Assembly: GCA_020350385.1 (NCBI GenBank)
Contig: CP070714.1
Span: 581,861 to 620,260, forward strand
Length of the DNA stretch: 38,400 nt
Origin: Candidatus Bathyarchaeota archaeon
GTDB lineage: Archaea > Thermoproteota > Bathyarchaeia > Bathyarchaeales > Bathycorpusculaceae
Reading direction: 5' to 3'
Shown: piece after piece, positions 18,770 through 27,824 of the stretch
Numbering within the stretch: the stretch's first letter is position 1
How the letters are laid out: each line of letters begins with the position of its first letter
The notes under the pieces: model-generated
Told to the model about the DNA's origin: nothing
The model's input: the letters and a program-made list of their open reading frames with translations, nothing else
The model's database searches: none
Position numbers and translations under genes: made by a program

Positions 18770-19750
18770 ATGACCGCCACAACCGAAAACAAACTCGAAA
18801 TCCTAAACTACGACGACAAAACAAAAACCTTCACCGTAAAATCTCCACAGACAGGGCACATCTGCAAAATCGTAGATACTTTTGCAGAAATGTTTCCCCT
18901 CTGGGCAGGACGCATTGTCATTACGGCAGAAAACGAAAAATGGGCACTAACCGCCGCCAGCGTGGCAACAGGCTTCGCCACAAGCGTCATCATGGCACCA
19001 GCTGAAGCCGCCATCGAAGCGGCAGTACCAGCCGACCAGACACCAGACAACCGTCCCGGAGTACTCATTCAAATCTACAACCGCGATCGCTTCGAACTCA
19101 AAAATCAACTCTTGGAACGCATCGGCCAATGCATAATGACCTGCCCCACAACTGCAGCTTTTAATGGCTTGCCAAAAGCTAAAAGAAAATTAAAGGTTGG
19201 CAGAAGCCTACGCTACTTCGGCGACGGCTTCCAAAAAAAAGCTATGATTGGCAACCGAAAATGCTGGAAAATCCCAGTCATGGAAGGCAACTTCATAGTT
19301 GAAGACAGCTTCGGAGCCCAAGAAGCCGTAGCAGGCGGAAACTTCCTTATACTAGCCCAAGGCAAAGCCTCAGGACTCAAAGCAGCAGTAGAAGCAATCA
19401 ATGCCATCAAAGCCAAAACAACCGACGTAGTCATGCCCTTCCCAGGCGGAATCTGCCGCGCAGGCTCCAAAGCAGGCAGCCTCAAATACAAACTCAAAGC
19501 CTCTACATACCACACATATTGCCCCACATTGAAAAGCCTCGTACCCGATACGCAAGTCCCAGAAAACGTAAACAGCGTCTACGAAATCGTCATTAATGGT
19601 TTGACTCTTGACGCAGTCAAAAACGCTGTCAAACAAGGCGTAAACGCAGCCGCAAGCACTCCGGGTGTAGTGAAGATTTCAGCTGGTAACTACGGCGGAA
19701 AACTTGGTCCTTTCAAAGCGTTCTTGAAAGAAGCGATAGAAGCGCCCTAA
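18770..19750 (+). CDS. ftr: formylmethanofuran--tetrahydromethanopterin N-formyltransferase
   Basis: IVDTFAE.F, ATGFATSVI, TPD.RPG, RIGQC..TCPT, FGDG, GGNF, PFPGG..R.GSK, YEIVING, SAGNYGGKLG. Start at 18770 (alternatives 18758/18734). Confidence 0.95.
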   Translation: MTATTENKLEILNYDDKTKTFTVKSPQTGHICKIVDTFAEMFPLWAGRIVITAENEKWALTAASVATGFATSVIMAPAEAAIEAAVPADQTPDNRPGVLIQIYNRDRFELKNQLLERIGQCIMTCPTTAAFNGLPKAKRKLKVGRSLRYFGDGFQKKAMIGNRKCWKIPVMEGNFIVEDSFGAQEAVAGGNFLILAQGKASGLKAAVEAINAIKAKTTDVVMPFPGGICRAGSKAGSLKYKLKASTYHTYCPTLKSLVPDTQVPENVNSVYEIVINGLTLDAVKNAVKQGVNAAASTPGVVKISAGNYGGKLGPFKAFLKEAIEAP

Positions 19751-19829
19751 CCTCTTTTTGAAGTAGCAACTTTTATCTTAACCGCCACAACGTAACTCAT
19801 GGCAAAAAAAGATTCATAAGTGAAAACTA

Positions 19830-21095
19830 TTGAGCACCGCAAAAAAATCGTCACTTGAACTTTTCAGACTGAGAAAAACACTACAAGCACTTGCAAGCAA
19901 AGAAGGGCGCGCCACAGAGCTGATTACGCTCTACGTTCCACCAGGAAAGCAGATAAGCGACGCCCTAAATATGCTCCGAGACGAATACGGCACAGCTTCA
20001 AATATCAAATCCACAACCACACGCAAGAATGTTCAAGAAGCCATCGTAAAAGTGCAACAGCGTCTTAAGCTTTTCAAAGCGCCTCCAGAAAACGGGCTGG
20101 TTATTTTCTGCGGAGCTATACCTCAGAATGGAGCAGGCAGTGAACGTATGGAGATTTACGTAGTAGTGCCGCCTGAACCTATCAGGATTTACCTGTACCG
20201 TTGCGATTCCAGATTCCACACCGAATACTTGCTGGAACTCCTAAGAGAAAAAGAAACATACGGCATACTCCTCATAGACGCCTCAGGCGCCACAATCGCC
20301 ACACTTCAGGGCAAAAGACTAAAAATAGTTAGACAAATGACCTCAGGAGTCCCAGGTAAAACCCGCGCAGGCGGTCAATCAGCCCGAAGATACGAACGCC
20401 TGAGAGCCATGAGACTCCAAGAGTATTTTAGCCGCGTAGGTCAACATGCCGACGAAATCTTCCTGCCCATAGAAACACTGAAAGGTCTAATAATTGCAGG
20501 GCCAGGACCAACAAAATACGACTTCGAAAAAGGCGATTACCTAAATTACATGCTAAAAAACAGGATAATCGACACTATTGACACGGCTTACGTGGAAGAG
20601 CAAGGCGTAAAAGAAGTGGTGGAAAAAGCGCCTGAAATAATGCGCAAAGTCCGATATATAGAAGAAAAACAGATAATGCAGCAGTTCCTCTACGAAGTCG
20701 GCCACGACACTGGAATGATAACCTATGGCGAAGCCGAAGTCAGAAAAGCACTTGAAGCAGGCGCGGTTCGAACACTCTTGATCTCAGAAAACATTGATCT
20801 ACTGCGCGTAACAGTCAATTGCAGCGCGTGTGGCTACGAGGAAAAATACACAATCAAAAGCCAAAAACTGACAGAGTTTGAGCAGGCCTTGTCTGGAAAA
20901 CCGTGCCCAAAGTGTCAAGCGCCATCCCTGTCTATAGTAGATGAGCAGGACATAATCAACGACTTGGCGCAGTTGGCCGAAAATGCAAATACTGATGTAG
21001 AGATAATTTCTACCGAGACAGAAGAAGGACAAATGCTCAAGAACTCTTTCGGAGGAATAGCGGCTATCCTAAGGTTTAAAATGCAGGGTAGCTAA
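19830..21095 (+). CDS. prf1: peptide chain release factor aRF1
   Basis: TASNIKS, YRCDSRF and GGQSARR motifs; CSAC...CPKC Zn-ribbon insertion in domain 3; FGGIAAILRF. Confidence 0.97.
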   Translation: MSTAKKSSLELFRLRKTLQALASKEGRATELITLYVPPGKQISDALNMLRDEYGTASNIKSTTTRKNVQEAIVKVQQRLKLFKAPPENGLVIFCGAIPQNGAGSERMEIYVVVPPEPIRIYLYRCDSRFHTEYLLELLREKETYGILLIDASGATIATLQGKRLKIVRQMTSGVPGKTRAGGQSARRYERLRAMRLQEYFSRVGQHADEIFLPIETLKGLIIAGPGPTKYDFEKGDYLNYMLKNRIIDTIDTAYVEEQGVKEVVEKAPEIMRKVRYIEEKQIMQQFLYEVGHDTGMITYGEAEVRKALEAGAVRTLLISENIDLLRVTVNCSACGYEEKYTIKSQKLTEFEQALSGKPCPKCQAPSLSIVDEQDIINDLAQLAENANTDVEIISTETEEGQMLKNSFGGIAAILRFKMQGS

Positions 21096-21373
21096 AAATT
21101 ATCTGGCATGCAAAACTGTTTCACTTCGCTTTTTGCAACGCCTGTTATGAGCAGTCTATATTGGTTGGAAGTTAATCCTGAAACAAGCTCAACTTTGGCG
21201 TGAAAAAGCTTTAAAAACTCCCTTACAAGTCCTTTGTTCACCTTATCTCTAACAGGTTTTTCCGTTCAGAAAACCAATATGCTATCATCGTCAATGGCTA
21301 TTTCGAACTTCTGAGAATTCGGTTTTACCAACACTTCGATTATTGCGCCATCTTTCGTATCGCTTGAGTTCAT
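21092..21373 (-). pseudogene. DUF167/YggU (UPF0235) family gene with in-frame TGA
   Basis: Not in the ORF track. Manual translation MNSSDTKDGAIIEVLVKPNSQKFEIAIDDDSILVF*TEKPVRDKVNKGLVREFLKLFHAKVELVSGLTSNQYRLLITGV...; TGA at 21268-21266; ATGA overlap with the topoisomerase stop. Confidence 0.75.
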
Positions 21374-22998
21374 ACGACCGCGCACTCAACCTCAGCTTCA
21401 GCTTCACTGCTCCCCAAAGCCCAGCTGAACTTCTTTCGCAATGCTTTAGGATAAAACTTGTCCAAGTCGAAGTCCACTGATCGTGCCCATTTCACGTACG
21501 CTGTGGGGTCAATGTAGGACTTGAGCGATGTGCCCAAATTGTATTCTTTGGTGCGAGTCGCCAATTCTATATCAAGCTTGGTCTTTTCAATTCTGGTTTC
21601 GAGAGAGACGGTTTTTTTGCCTTCAGCCTTCTTCTGTTCCAACTGTGCTTCCAGTTTTTTAAGCTTAGCTTCTTTTTTTGCTAACCTCTCCTCAAATTTA
21701 GGTGAAACCTTACGTTTGTGATTAGCCACCTCAGCCACTTTTAAATTTGCCATTTTCGCATGGAACTTTTTCAGGTGAACTGGATCTTCCTTTGTTACTC
21801 TATTCTTAGCCAACTCTTCCTTCACGGTTTTTGTACATCGCCAAGTGCGGAAAACTTTGGCTGTTAATCCAAGCATTTTTTGGGAAAGAAACCTAGAAAC
21901 CTTTTTGGAGTCAACGCCCTCGAAGAGATATTCTTTGCTGGTTTTTGCGTAGTGCTTGATGTTTCTGATAACTGATCGTGTAGCTTTCACGCTTTTTTCC
22001 CATCTAACGCAGTCTTTTCCTAAGAAGTCGAAGTGTAAAGTGGCGCCGTCAATTTTGATGTGCTCGGATCTTAATGTTATTGCGCCAACGGTGTCGGCTT
22101 CGTCTGGATCTTTTTCGTCACCAACCCTCATGTTAGGCTTGAGGATAAGCCAGCACACTGTAGCGACTTTTCTTTTCATTTCGTCTTTGACGTCGAGGTT
22201 CTTGATTATGTGCCGTTCAATTGCCTTGATGTGCTTGCCAAGTTTCTCTGCTTTCTTAAACTTGTCTTTTTCGCGGTTTTGCTTGATAAACGCTGAGTCG
22301 GAAAACCAAACGTACTTATTTTTTCCAGTGAGTTTGTCGGTCCACTTGGCAACGTACATCTTGTCAGGTTCCCAAATTATGTCTTTCCAGTTTCCAAGCG
22401 GTCTTGGACTGCCTGGAGAAAGGTTAAGGATTATGTCTTCCTCGCTAGGACCTTCTTTCCATTTGCCTCGTCTAGGATGGTCACCACGTCCAACAAAGAG
22501 ACACGAGGGTTCTGAGGTCCAGTTGGCTATTTCCAGTTTTTTCCCATTAACCGTAGCGTAACCGTATTTTTCTTTCCGTTTTAAGCGGATAGCCTTGCGT
22601 TCAGCAGCCTGCTTTTTCTTCTCGGCTTGGCTCATGTTTAGTTTTTTCTGTTTTTCACTATCTAAGTATTTTGAGACTTCTAAAAAATCGATTGCAGGGT
22701 CAATTGGCGCGGCATTCTTTATCTTTTCTAGGTAATTAGCAGAGAAAGACATCAGGAAATCCAGCGATGGGTTCTCTTGTTTTAGTTGCTCCAAGAATTC
22801 TTGCATGAAGTTCTTTTCGAAAACTTCGTCTGGTGGCGATAGGGTTGATTGTTTTTTACGTATCCATGCGATAGCGATCTGCTCGCTTTTCGGCTTTAGC
22901 TTTATTACTTGTCCTTGAATATTGATTTTGAAACCCTTGTAATCATAAGATGGAACGCAGATTCCATTGTGCTTCAGGCTTTTCATAACTTGTTTCAT
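21370..22998 (-). CDS. DNA topoisomerase IB (eukaryote-like)
   Basis: LKHNG, EP.CLF.GRGDHP.RGKWK; catalytic residues in MRVGDEKD, FLGKD, AKVFRT, NHKR and TSLKSYIDP; coiled-coil linker. Confidence 0.95.
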   Translation of the reverse strand: MKQVMKSLKHNGICVPSYDYKGFKINIQGQVIKLKPKSEQIAIAWIRKKQSTLSPPDEVFEKNFMQEFLEQLKQENPSLDFLMSFSANYLEKIKNAAPIDPAIDFLEVSKYLDSEKQKKLNMSQAEKKKQAAERKAIRLKRKEKYGYATVNGKKLEIANWTSEPSCLFVGRGDHPRRGKWKEGPSEEDIILNLSPGSPRPLGNWKDIIWEPDKMYVAKWTDKLTGKNKYVWFSDSAFIKQNREKDKFKKAEKLGKHIKAIERHIIKNLDVKDEMKRKVATVCWLILKPNMRVGDEKDPDEADTVGAITLRSEHIKIDGATLHFDFLGKDCVRWEKSVKATRSVIRNIKHYAKTSKEYLFEGVDSKKVSRFLSQKMLGLTAKVFRTWRCTKTVKEELAKNRVTKEDPVHLKKFHAKMANLKVAEVANHKRKVSPKFEERLAKKEAKLKKLEAQLEQKKAEGKKTVSLETRIEKTKLDIELATRTKEYNLGTSLKSYIDPTAYVKWARSVDFDLDKFYPKALRKKFSWALGSSEAEAEVECAVV

Positions 22999-23129
22999 TT
23001 GTCAATCCTCTCAGAACGCGTTGGGTTCCATCTCCATACCTTTTTCACTTTTTCGGGTTTATACGTTGAGCTTCACTTTTCACTCTTTCCGTTACTTAAA
23101 AACTTTGAGAATTAATTTCAATTATTAGC

Positions 23130-23534
23130 TTATAAACAAGGCTCGTATTCTTTGGAAAACCTAGCCTGTTGCAGCTTCTTGTAAAGTTGCTCCACGGTTT
23201 TACGGTCAATGTAACCTTTGTGAGGGCGGAAACCCCCTGAGAAACCAGCTGGGATGTGTAAGAGTTCATGGATCAGGGTTTTCTCCTTTTCTTCTTTGGG
23301 CATTTTGTCAAAAGTCTCAGATATGACTTCGATGGTGTAGGATGGAGGAAGGTTTAGCGCTTCTTGCCAGATTTTGCCTAGACCGTGGATCCGGGCTATT
23401 GTGCGTCTAGCTTTGGAGCCTTTACTTCTAACGCAGAAAAGGAATTGGGGCACAACATGATAAAGATCCAGATCAGACGCAATTTCATCTATTTGCTTTT
23501 TGATACCTGGGGCTAAATAGTATTTTATGGGCAT
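23130..23534 (-). CDS. putative zincin-like metallopeptidase (archaeal/phage metallopeptidase family)
   Basis: RSKGSK..RTIARIHGL..IWQ.AL...Y.IEVISE.F and HELLH(IP) HExxH motif. Confidence 0.85.
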   Translation of the reverse strand: MPIKYYLAPGIKKQIDEIASDLDLYHVVPQFLFCVRSKGSKARRTIARIHGLGKIWQEALNLPPSYTIEVISETFDKMPKEEKEKTLIHELLHIPAGFSGGFRPHKGYIDRKTVEQLYKKLQQARFSKEYEPCL

Positions 23535-23774
23535 AGTCTCATCTTCAGGTTTAATAGGTGATTTGGGCTTTTTGAGTTAAAAAGTTTACAAGTCAATCAC
23601 GTTACGTTAAGGCGCGATTCAGCGGTATTCTGCGGTGACTATACCTCTTTATATAAAGACCAATGGTTGACTGATATACTCTTTCCGAGTCTTTACCCCT
23701 CTATCTTTTTTGGCGTGTTTTTGGAGTGAAAAACTGAGGGCTTTCTTGGAAGGTCAAGGCTTGCTGCTTTTGGC

Positions 23775-24185
23775 TTAAAAGCTGCGCAGGACGATCATGG
23801 TATTGGTTTTCATGATACCTTCTACTCTGCGGATTTTCTCTACGCACTCGTTGACTTCAACAACGTTCATCCCGCTTATAACCACCACAATATCATATTC
23901 GCCCGTCACTTCATAGACAGTTTCCACGTTCGGAATCGCCCGTATCCTTTTGGAAACTTCCTTAGTTGGAAAAGAAGGATTAGACGCAAGCAAAGTGATA
24001 GCTTCAGCGCCTTCTGCAACTCCTATTTTGACGGTGAACTTTTTTATCACACTGGAATCGACAAGCACCTTAATTCTTTTCCTGACAGCGCCTTCGGATA
24101 AGCCGACCTTCTTGCCAATAGCGCCGTAGCCCGCTCGCCCATCATCCTTCAGTATCCGCAATATCTGTTTGTCCTTGTCGTCCAT
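23775..24185 (-). CDS. lysM: Lrp/AsnC family transcriptional regulator, LysM-like
   Basis: N-terminal HTH (IGKKVGLSEGAVRKRI), RAM domain VETVYEVTGEYDI...T.T.IVLR; adjacent to lysW as in known lysM loci. Confidence 0.82.
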   Translation of the reverse strand: MDDKDKQILRILKDDGRAGYGAIGKKVGLSEGAVRKRIKVLVDSSVIKKFTVKIGVAEGAEAITLLASNPSFPTKEVSKRIRAIPNVETVYEVTGEYDIVVVISGMNVVEVNECVEKIRRVEGIMKTNTMIVLRSF

Positions 24186-24334
24186 CTCTGTTTCCCTATT
24201 TGTTCTAGGTTGCGGAAAAATTTAACGATTTCTGTAGCTCACTGCATTTGTCTAACGCGGATTCCGTTACAGTTTGCGCCTTGTAGTGCCGTTTTCGGAA
24301 AGTGTAAAAATAGGCAGAACATGGAAGTTTGTTC

Positions 24335-24387
24335 CAAATGGAACATTAAAAGCTTAATATGTTACAAATAAGTCGCAACGTTTAAAA
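24335..24387. promoter_or_regulatory. 53-bp promoter/operator block, copy 1 (upstream of lysW)
   Basis: caaatggaacattaaaagcttaatatgttacaaataagtcgcaacgtttaaaa; 48/53 identical to 34643-34695; ends in BRE/TATA-like CGCAACG-TTTAAAA. Confidence 0.8.
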
Positions 24388-24437
24388 GAAAGACGCGCCA
24401 ACAAGAGAGACATTTCCAACAAAAAACGTGGTAGCAA

Positions 24438-24659
24438 ATGATTAAACAAGGTGCAAGTTTAAGACCACCAGAGGTGAAGGTAATTAACATAACTAAATGC
24501 CCCGACTGTGACGCAGAACTTAACATTCCAGCAGACACTGAGAAAGGAGAAATTCTAAGCTGCCCAGGCTGCGGACTCGAACTCGAAGTAAAACAAATAA
24601 AAGGCGGATGCGTCGACCTTCAAGAACTAATCATAGAAGGAGAAGACTGGGGCGAATAA
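24438..24659 (+). CDS. lysW: amino-group carrier protein LysW/ArgW
   Basis: CPDC...CPGC zinc ribbon and C-terminal EDWGE signature. The real start may be downstream (GTG 24474 or ATA 24489). Confidence 0.95.
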   Translation: MIKQGASLRPPEVKVINITKCPDCDAELNIPADTEKGEILSCPGCGLELEVKQIKGGCVDLQELIIEGEDWGE

Positions 24660-24750
24660 ACGTATTCACCAAACAGTCTTCTAACCTGAAACATGAATAT
24701 GCTGCCAAAATTCTTTAAGCAACATATTTTCTACGGGATGCAGAGAACTA

Positions 24751-25929
24751 ATGAGCATAGCACTTCTATATGAACGATCAGAAACGGATGAAATGGGCAT
24801 AAAACTCACCGCAGAAAAACTAGGTATACCCCTCACATACATCCCATTCCGAAAAATCGGCCTTTCCATCCACAAAAACCAATTTATAGCCAAAACTAAA
24901 GGCAAAGACTACACCAGCGCAGTCAAAAATACCGCCGTGGTGCTGAACAGAGCACAGAGCAAAAACCGAAGACTCCAAGCATCATACATAATGGAAACGC
25001 TCGGGAAAAAAACCATAAACACTAGCCAAATCGAATTCATATGCTACAGCAAGCTCAGGACCTTGCTACACTTCTGGGCAGAAGGGATTCCAATTCCAAA
25101 AACGGTTTACATTCCCTGCGACTCCTATGACACTACCAAAGACGGAAAAGAGATCCACAACGAAAAAGACATCGCGGATCTGCTGCAGTACGAAATATCC
25201 TCCGATGAAGGAATCGTGATAAAACCCGACGCTGGCACACATGGAAAAGGAACTCTACTATCCAAAAACCGAGAACAACTCATCACCAACATCCAAGAAA
25301 CAAAACCATCAATAATAAATCCCGTAGGCATAGTTGCCCAAGAACTCATAAAAAAATGGTTTTTCGATTTACGAATAATAATTTCAAAAGAAAAAGGCAA
25401 GTCGCCCGTTTGCCACCCCGTGGCTTTAGCGAGAGGCGGCTTTAAAGACTTCAGAACAAACACCTATCTGGGCAACCTAGTCTTTGATGCCAAACTTCCA
25501 TTACATGTTATGGAGTTGGCAGTGAAATGTGGCAAAGCCCTTGGCAAAGAACAATCGGCGTGGCTCTTCGCCTTGGACGCAATGGTTAACGTTGGAGAAA
25601 ACAAAATTGTGGATGATGATGAGCTTAAATCGGAACTCGAAAAGGCAACTATGGCGTTTGAAAACGTAAGAAAAATCAAGCAGGACCAAACCAGACTGCG
25701 AGATTTTCCCGTTTGGAACAGCAAATTAGAAGCAGCATTCCAGAATTACATGAGCACCGCGCCTTACAAAAAAGTCAAAAGCATAATCGAAGAGAGCATA
25801 GAAAAAAACAAGTACGACATCGTCTTTCACGAAACAAATTCCTGCCCTGAATTCTGGGAACACACGCGGCTAATCGCCGGAATCAACGTTGCAGTACCTC
25901 TCTTGAAAGGTGCTCAAAGCCTAATCTAA
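24751..25929 (+). CDS. lysX: divergent LysX/ArgX-like ATP-grasp ligase (RimK family) with large insertion
   Basis: Directly after lysW; LLYER, VLNRAQS, K..T......GIPIPKT, IKPDAGTHGKG, QELI, DLRI, FRTN, ALD...ETNSCPEF; 392 aa. Confidence 0.75.
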   Translation: MSIALLYERSETDEMGIKLTAEKLGIPLTYIPFRKIGLSIHKNQFIAKTKGKDYTSAVKNTAVVLNRAQSKNRRLQASYIMETLGKKTINTSQIEFICYSKLRTLLHFWAEGIPIPKTVYIPCDSYDTTKDGKEIHNEKDIADLLQYEISSDEGIVIKPDAGTHGKGTLLSKNREQLITNIQETKPSIINPVGIVAQELIKKWFFDLRIIISKEKGKSPVCHPVALARGGFKDFRTNTYLGNLVFDAKLPLHVMELAVKCGKALGKEQSAWLFALDAMVNVGENKIVDDDELKSELEKATMAFENVRKIKQDQTRLRDFPVWNSKLEAAFQNYMSTAPYKKVKSIIEESIEKNKYDIVFHETNSCPEFWEHTRLIAGINVAVPLLKGAQSLI

Positions 25930-25955
25930 TCATTATATTCATGAGGTGAAAAAGG

Positions 25956-27008
25956 TTGAGAACAGGAATAATTGGCGGTTCAGGCTATGTCGGCGGAGAA
26001 CTCCTGCGCTTATTGTTACTCCATCCGCAGACAGAAGTCACAATGGTTACTTCTCGCCAGAACATAGGAGAATATGTTTTCAATGTGCACCCAAACCTCC
26101 GCGGACTCACACAGTTGAAATTTGGTCCCCTAGATATCGCCGAACTTCAAAATAACTGCGACCTCGTATTCACTGCAACACCCCACGGAGAAGCAGTAAA
26201 CCTCGTTCCAAAACTTCTAGAAGCTGGGTTGAAAGTCATTGATATGAGCGCAGACTTCCGCCTCAAAAACCCTGATGATTACGACAAATGGTACGATTGG
26301 AAACATGCCAGCCCGCAATTGTTAAAAGAAGTCGCGTACGGCTTACCCGAGCTTCACCGGCAAGAGATAAAAGGCGCTCGTTTGGTAGCCTGCCCCGGCT
26401 GTATGGCAACAGCCACAATCCTCGCCTTAGCCCCAGTAGTAAAGGCAGATCTTGTCGAAAAGAATAGGATAGTAGTGGATGTAAAAATCGGTTCTTCGGG
26501 AGCAGGCAGAAAACCAACAATTGCTTCACATCATCCTGAACGGTTTGGCGGAGTGAGACCATACAAGGTGGCAGGACACAGACATCTCGCGGAAATAGAA
26601 CAGGAACTCAACAACCTAACAAGCGAACCAGTGACCGTCTCGTTCACTCCGCACGCAGTCAACATGGTAAGAGGCATACTCTCAACCATTCACGTTTTCC
26701 CCAAAGCCCCACTAACAAACAAAGACGTCTGGAAGACGCTCCGTTCAATGTACGAAGGCGAACCCTTCATACGTTTCGTTAAGTATCAGAAGGGCCCGTA
26801 TAAACTCCCAGACCCAAAAGTTACCATGGGAACAAACTTCTGTGACATAGGCTTCGAGCTGGACCCGCACGCAAACAGACTCATATTTTTCTCGGCAATA
26901 GACAACATGATTAAAGGAGCGTCAGGCCAAGGCGTCCAATGCCTCAACATACTCATGGGCATAGACGAGAAAACTGGCTTAAAAAGCACTGGCTTTCATC
27001 CAATGTGA
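25956..27008 (+). CDS. lysY: [LysW]-aminoadipate/glutamate-phosphate reductase (LysY/ArgC)
   Basis: GGSGYVGGELLRLL, DMSADFRL, YGLPEL, PGCMAT, GSSGAG...SHHPER, HRHLAEI, DNMIKGASGQ. Confidence 0.93.
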   Translation: MRTGIIGGSGYVGGELLRLLLLHPQTEVTMVTSRQNIGEYVFNVHPNLRGLTQLKFGPLDIAELQNNCDLVFTATPHGEAVNLVPKLLEAGLKVIDMSADFRLKNPDDYDKWYDWKHASPQLLKEVAYGLPELHRQEIKGARLVACPGCMATATILALAPVVKADLVEKNRIVVDVKIGSSGAGRKPTIASHHPERFGGVRPYKVAGHRHLAEIEQELNNLTSEPVTVSFTPHAVNMVRGILSTIHVFPKAPLTNKDVWKTLRSMYEGEPFIRFVKYQKGPYKLPDPKVTMGTNFCDIGFELDPHANRLIFFSAIDNMIKGASGQGVQCLNILMGIDEKTGLKSTGFHPM

Positions 27009-27014
27009 TCAATT

Positions 27015-27824
27015 ATGTTGTTAGTAGTGAAACTGGGCGGAAGCATACTCAGAGAGGGCGCTTCTTCGGAGCTTATCTCCGACCTCAAAGCACTGGCTAA
27101 AGAGAATAATATTGTTCTTGTCCACGGCGGAGGAGCCGAAGTCACTGAAATCGCCGCTAAGCTGGGCAAGGAACAGAAATTTATCGTGTCCCCTGAAGGC
27201 TTCAGAAGCCGCTACACTGACAAAGAAACGATGGAAATATTCACAATGGTCATGGCGGGAAAAATTAACAAACAAATCGTCGCGGCGTTGCAAAGTCAAG
27301 GCGTACTCGCCGTCGGTCTATCTGGCGTGGACGGTTTGCTCTTAAAGGCGGAACGAAAAAAGAGACTTATAGCCGTTGATGAAAGAGGAAGAAAAAAGGT
27401 AATCGAAGGAGGCTACACGGGGAAGATAATTGAGGTAAACACGAATTTGCTTCAGTTTTTACTTGGCAAAGATTACATGCCCGTAGTAACTCCGATGGCT
27501 ATGAGTGAAGAGTTTGAATCGCTTAACGTGGATGGCGATAGAACAGCTGCCTCCATTGCTGGCGCCCTCAAAGCAGACAGCTTAGTCTTACTGACGGATG
27601 TGAAAGGCTTAGTCCTAAAAGGCAAGCCAATTCAAAAAATAACTGCCACTGAAGTTAAAGAAGTTCTCTCCAGCATCGGGAAGGGCATGAGCACCAAAGT
27701 GCACGCGGCTCTTGAGGCGTTGAATCAGGGCGTCAATGAAGTCTTAATCACGTCAGGCAGTGGAAAACAACCTATTTCTTCCGCGTTAAAACACGAATAT
27801 GGTACCGTGATTAGCTGTGAATGA
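27015..27824 (+). CDS. lysZ: [LysW]-aminoadipate/glutamate kinase (LysZ/ArgB)
   Basis: VVKLGG, VHGGG, SPEGFRSRYTD (LysZ-type), LNVDGDRTAA, GM.TKV.AA. Confidence 0.93.
   Translation: MLLVVKLGGSILREGASSELISDLKALAKENNIVLVHGGGAEVTEIAAKLGKEQKFIVSPEGFRSRYTDKETMEIFTMVMAGKINKQIVAALQSQGVLAVGLSGVDGLLLKAERKKRLIAVDERGRKKVIEGGYTGKIIEVNTNLLQFLLGKDYMPVVTPMAMSEEFESLNVDGDRTAASIAGALKADSLVLLTDVKGLVLKGKPIQKITATEVKEVLSSIGKGMSTKVHAALEALNQGVNEVLITSGSGKQPISSALKHEYGTVISCE

Noticed and set aside
23646..23659. Perfect 14-bp palindrome TCTTTATATAAAGA
   Set aside because: AT-rich single copy; could be a TATA element but there is no further support for a specific function.
24239..24322. 27-codon minus-strand ORF between the shared block and lysM (possible leader peptide)
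   Set aside because: No Lys/Arg codon run or attenuator structure and no similarity to the ACT gene; cannot be supported.
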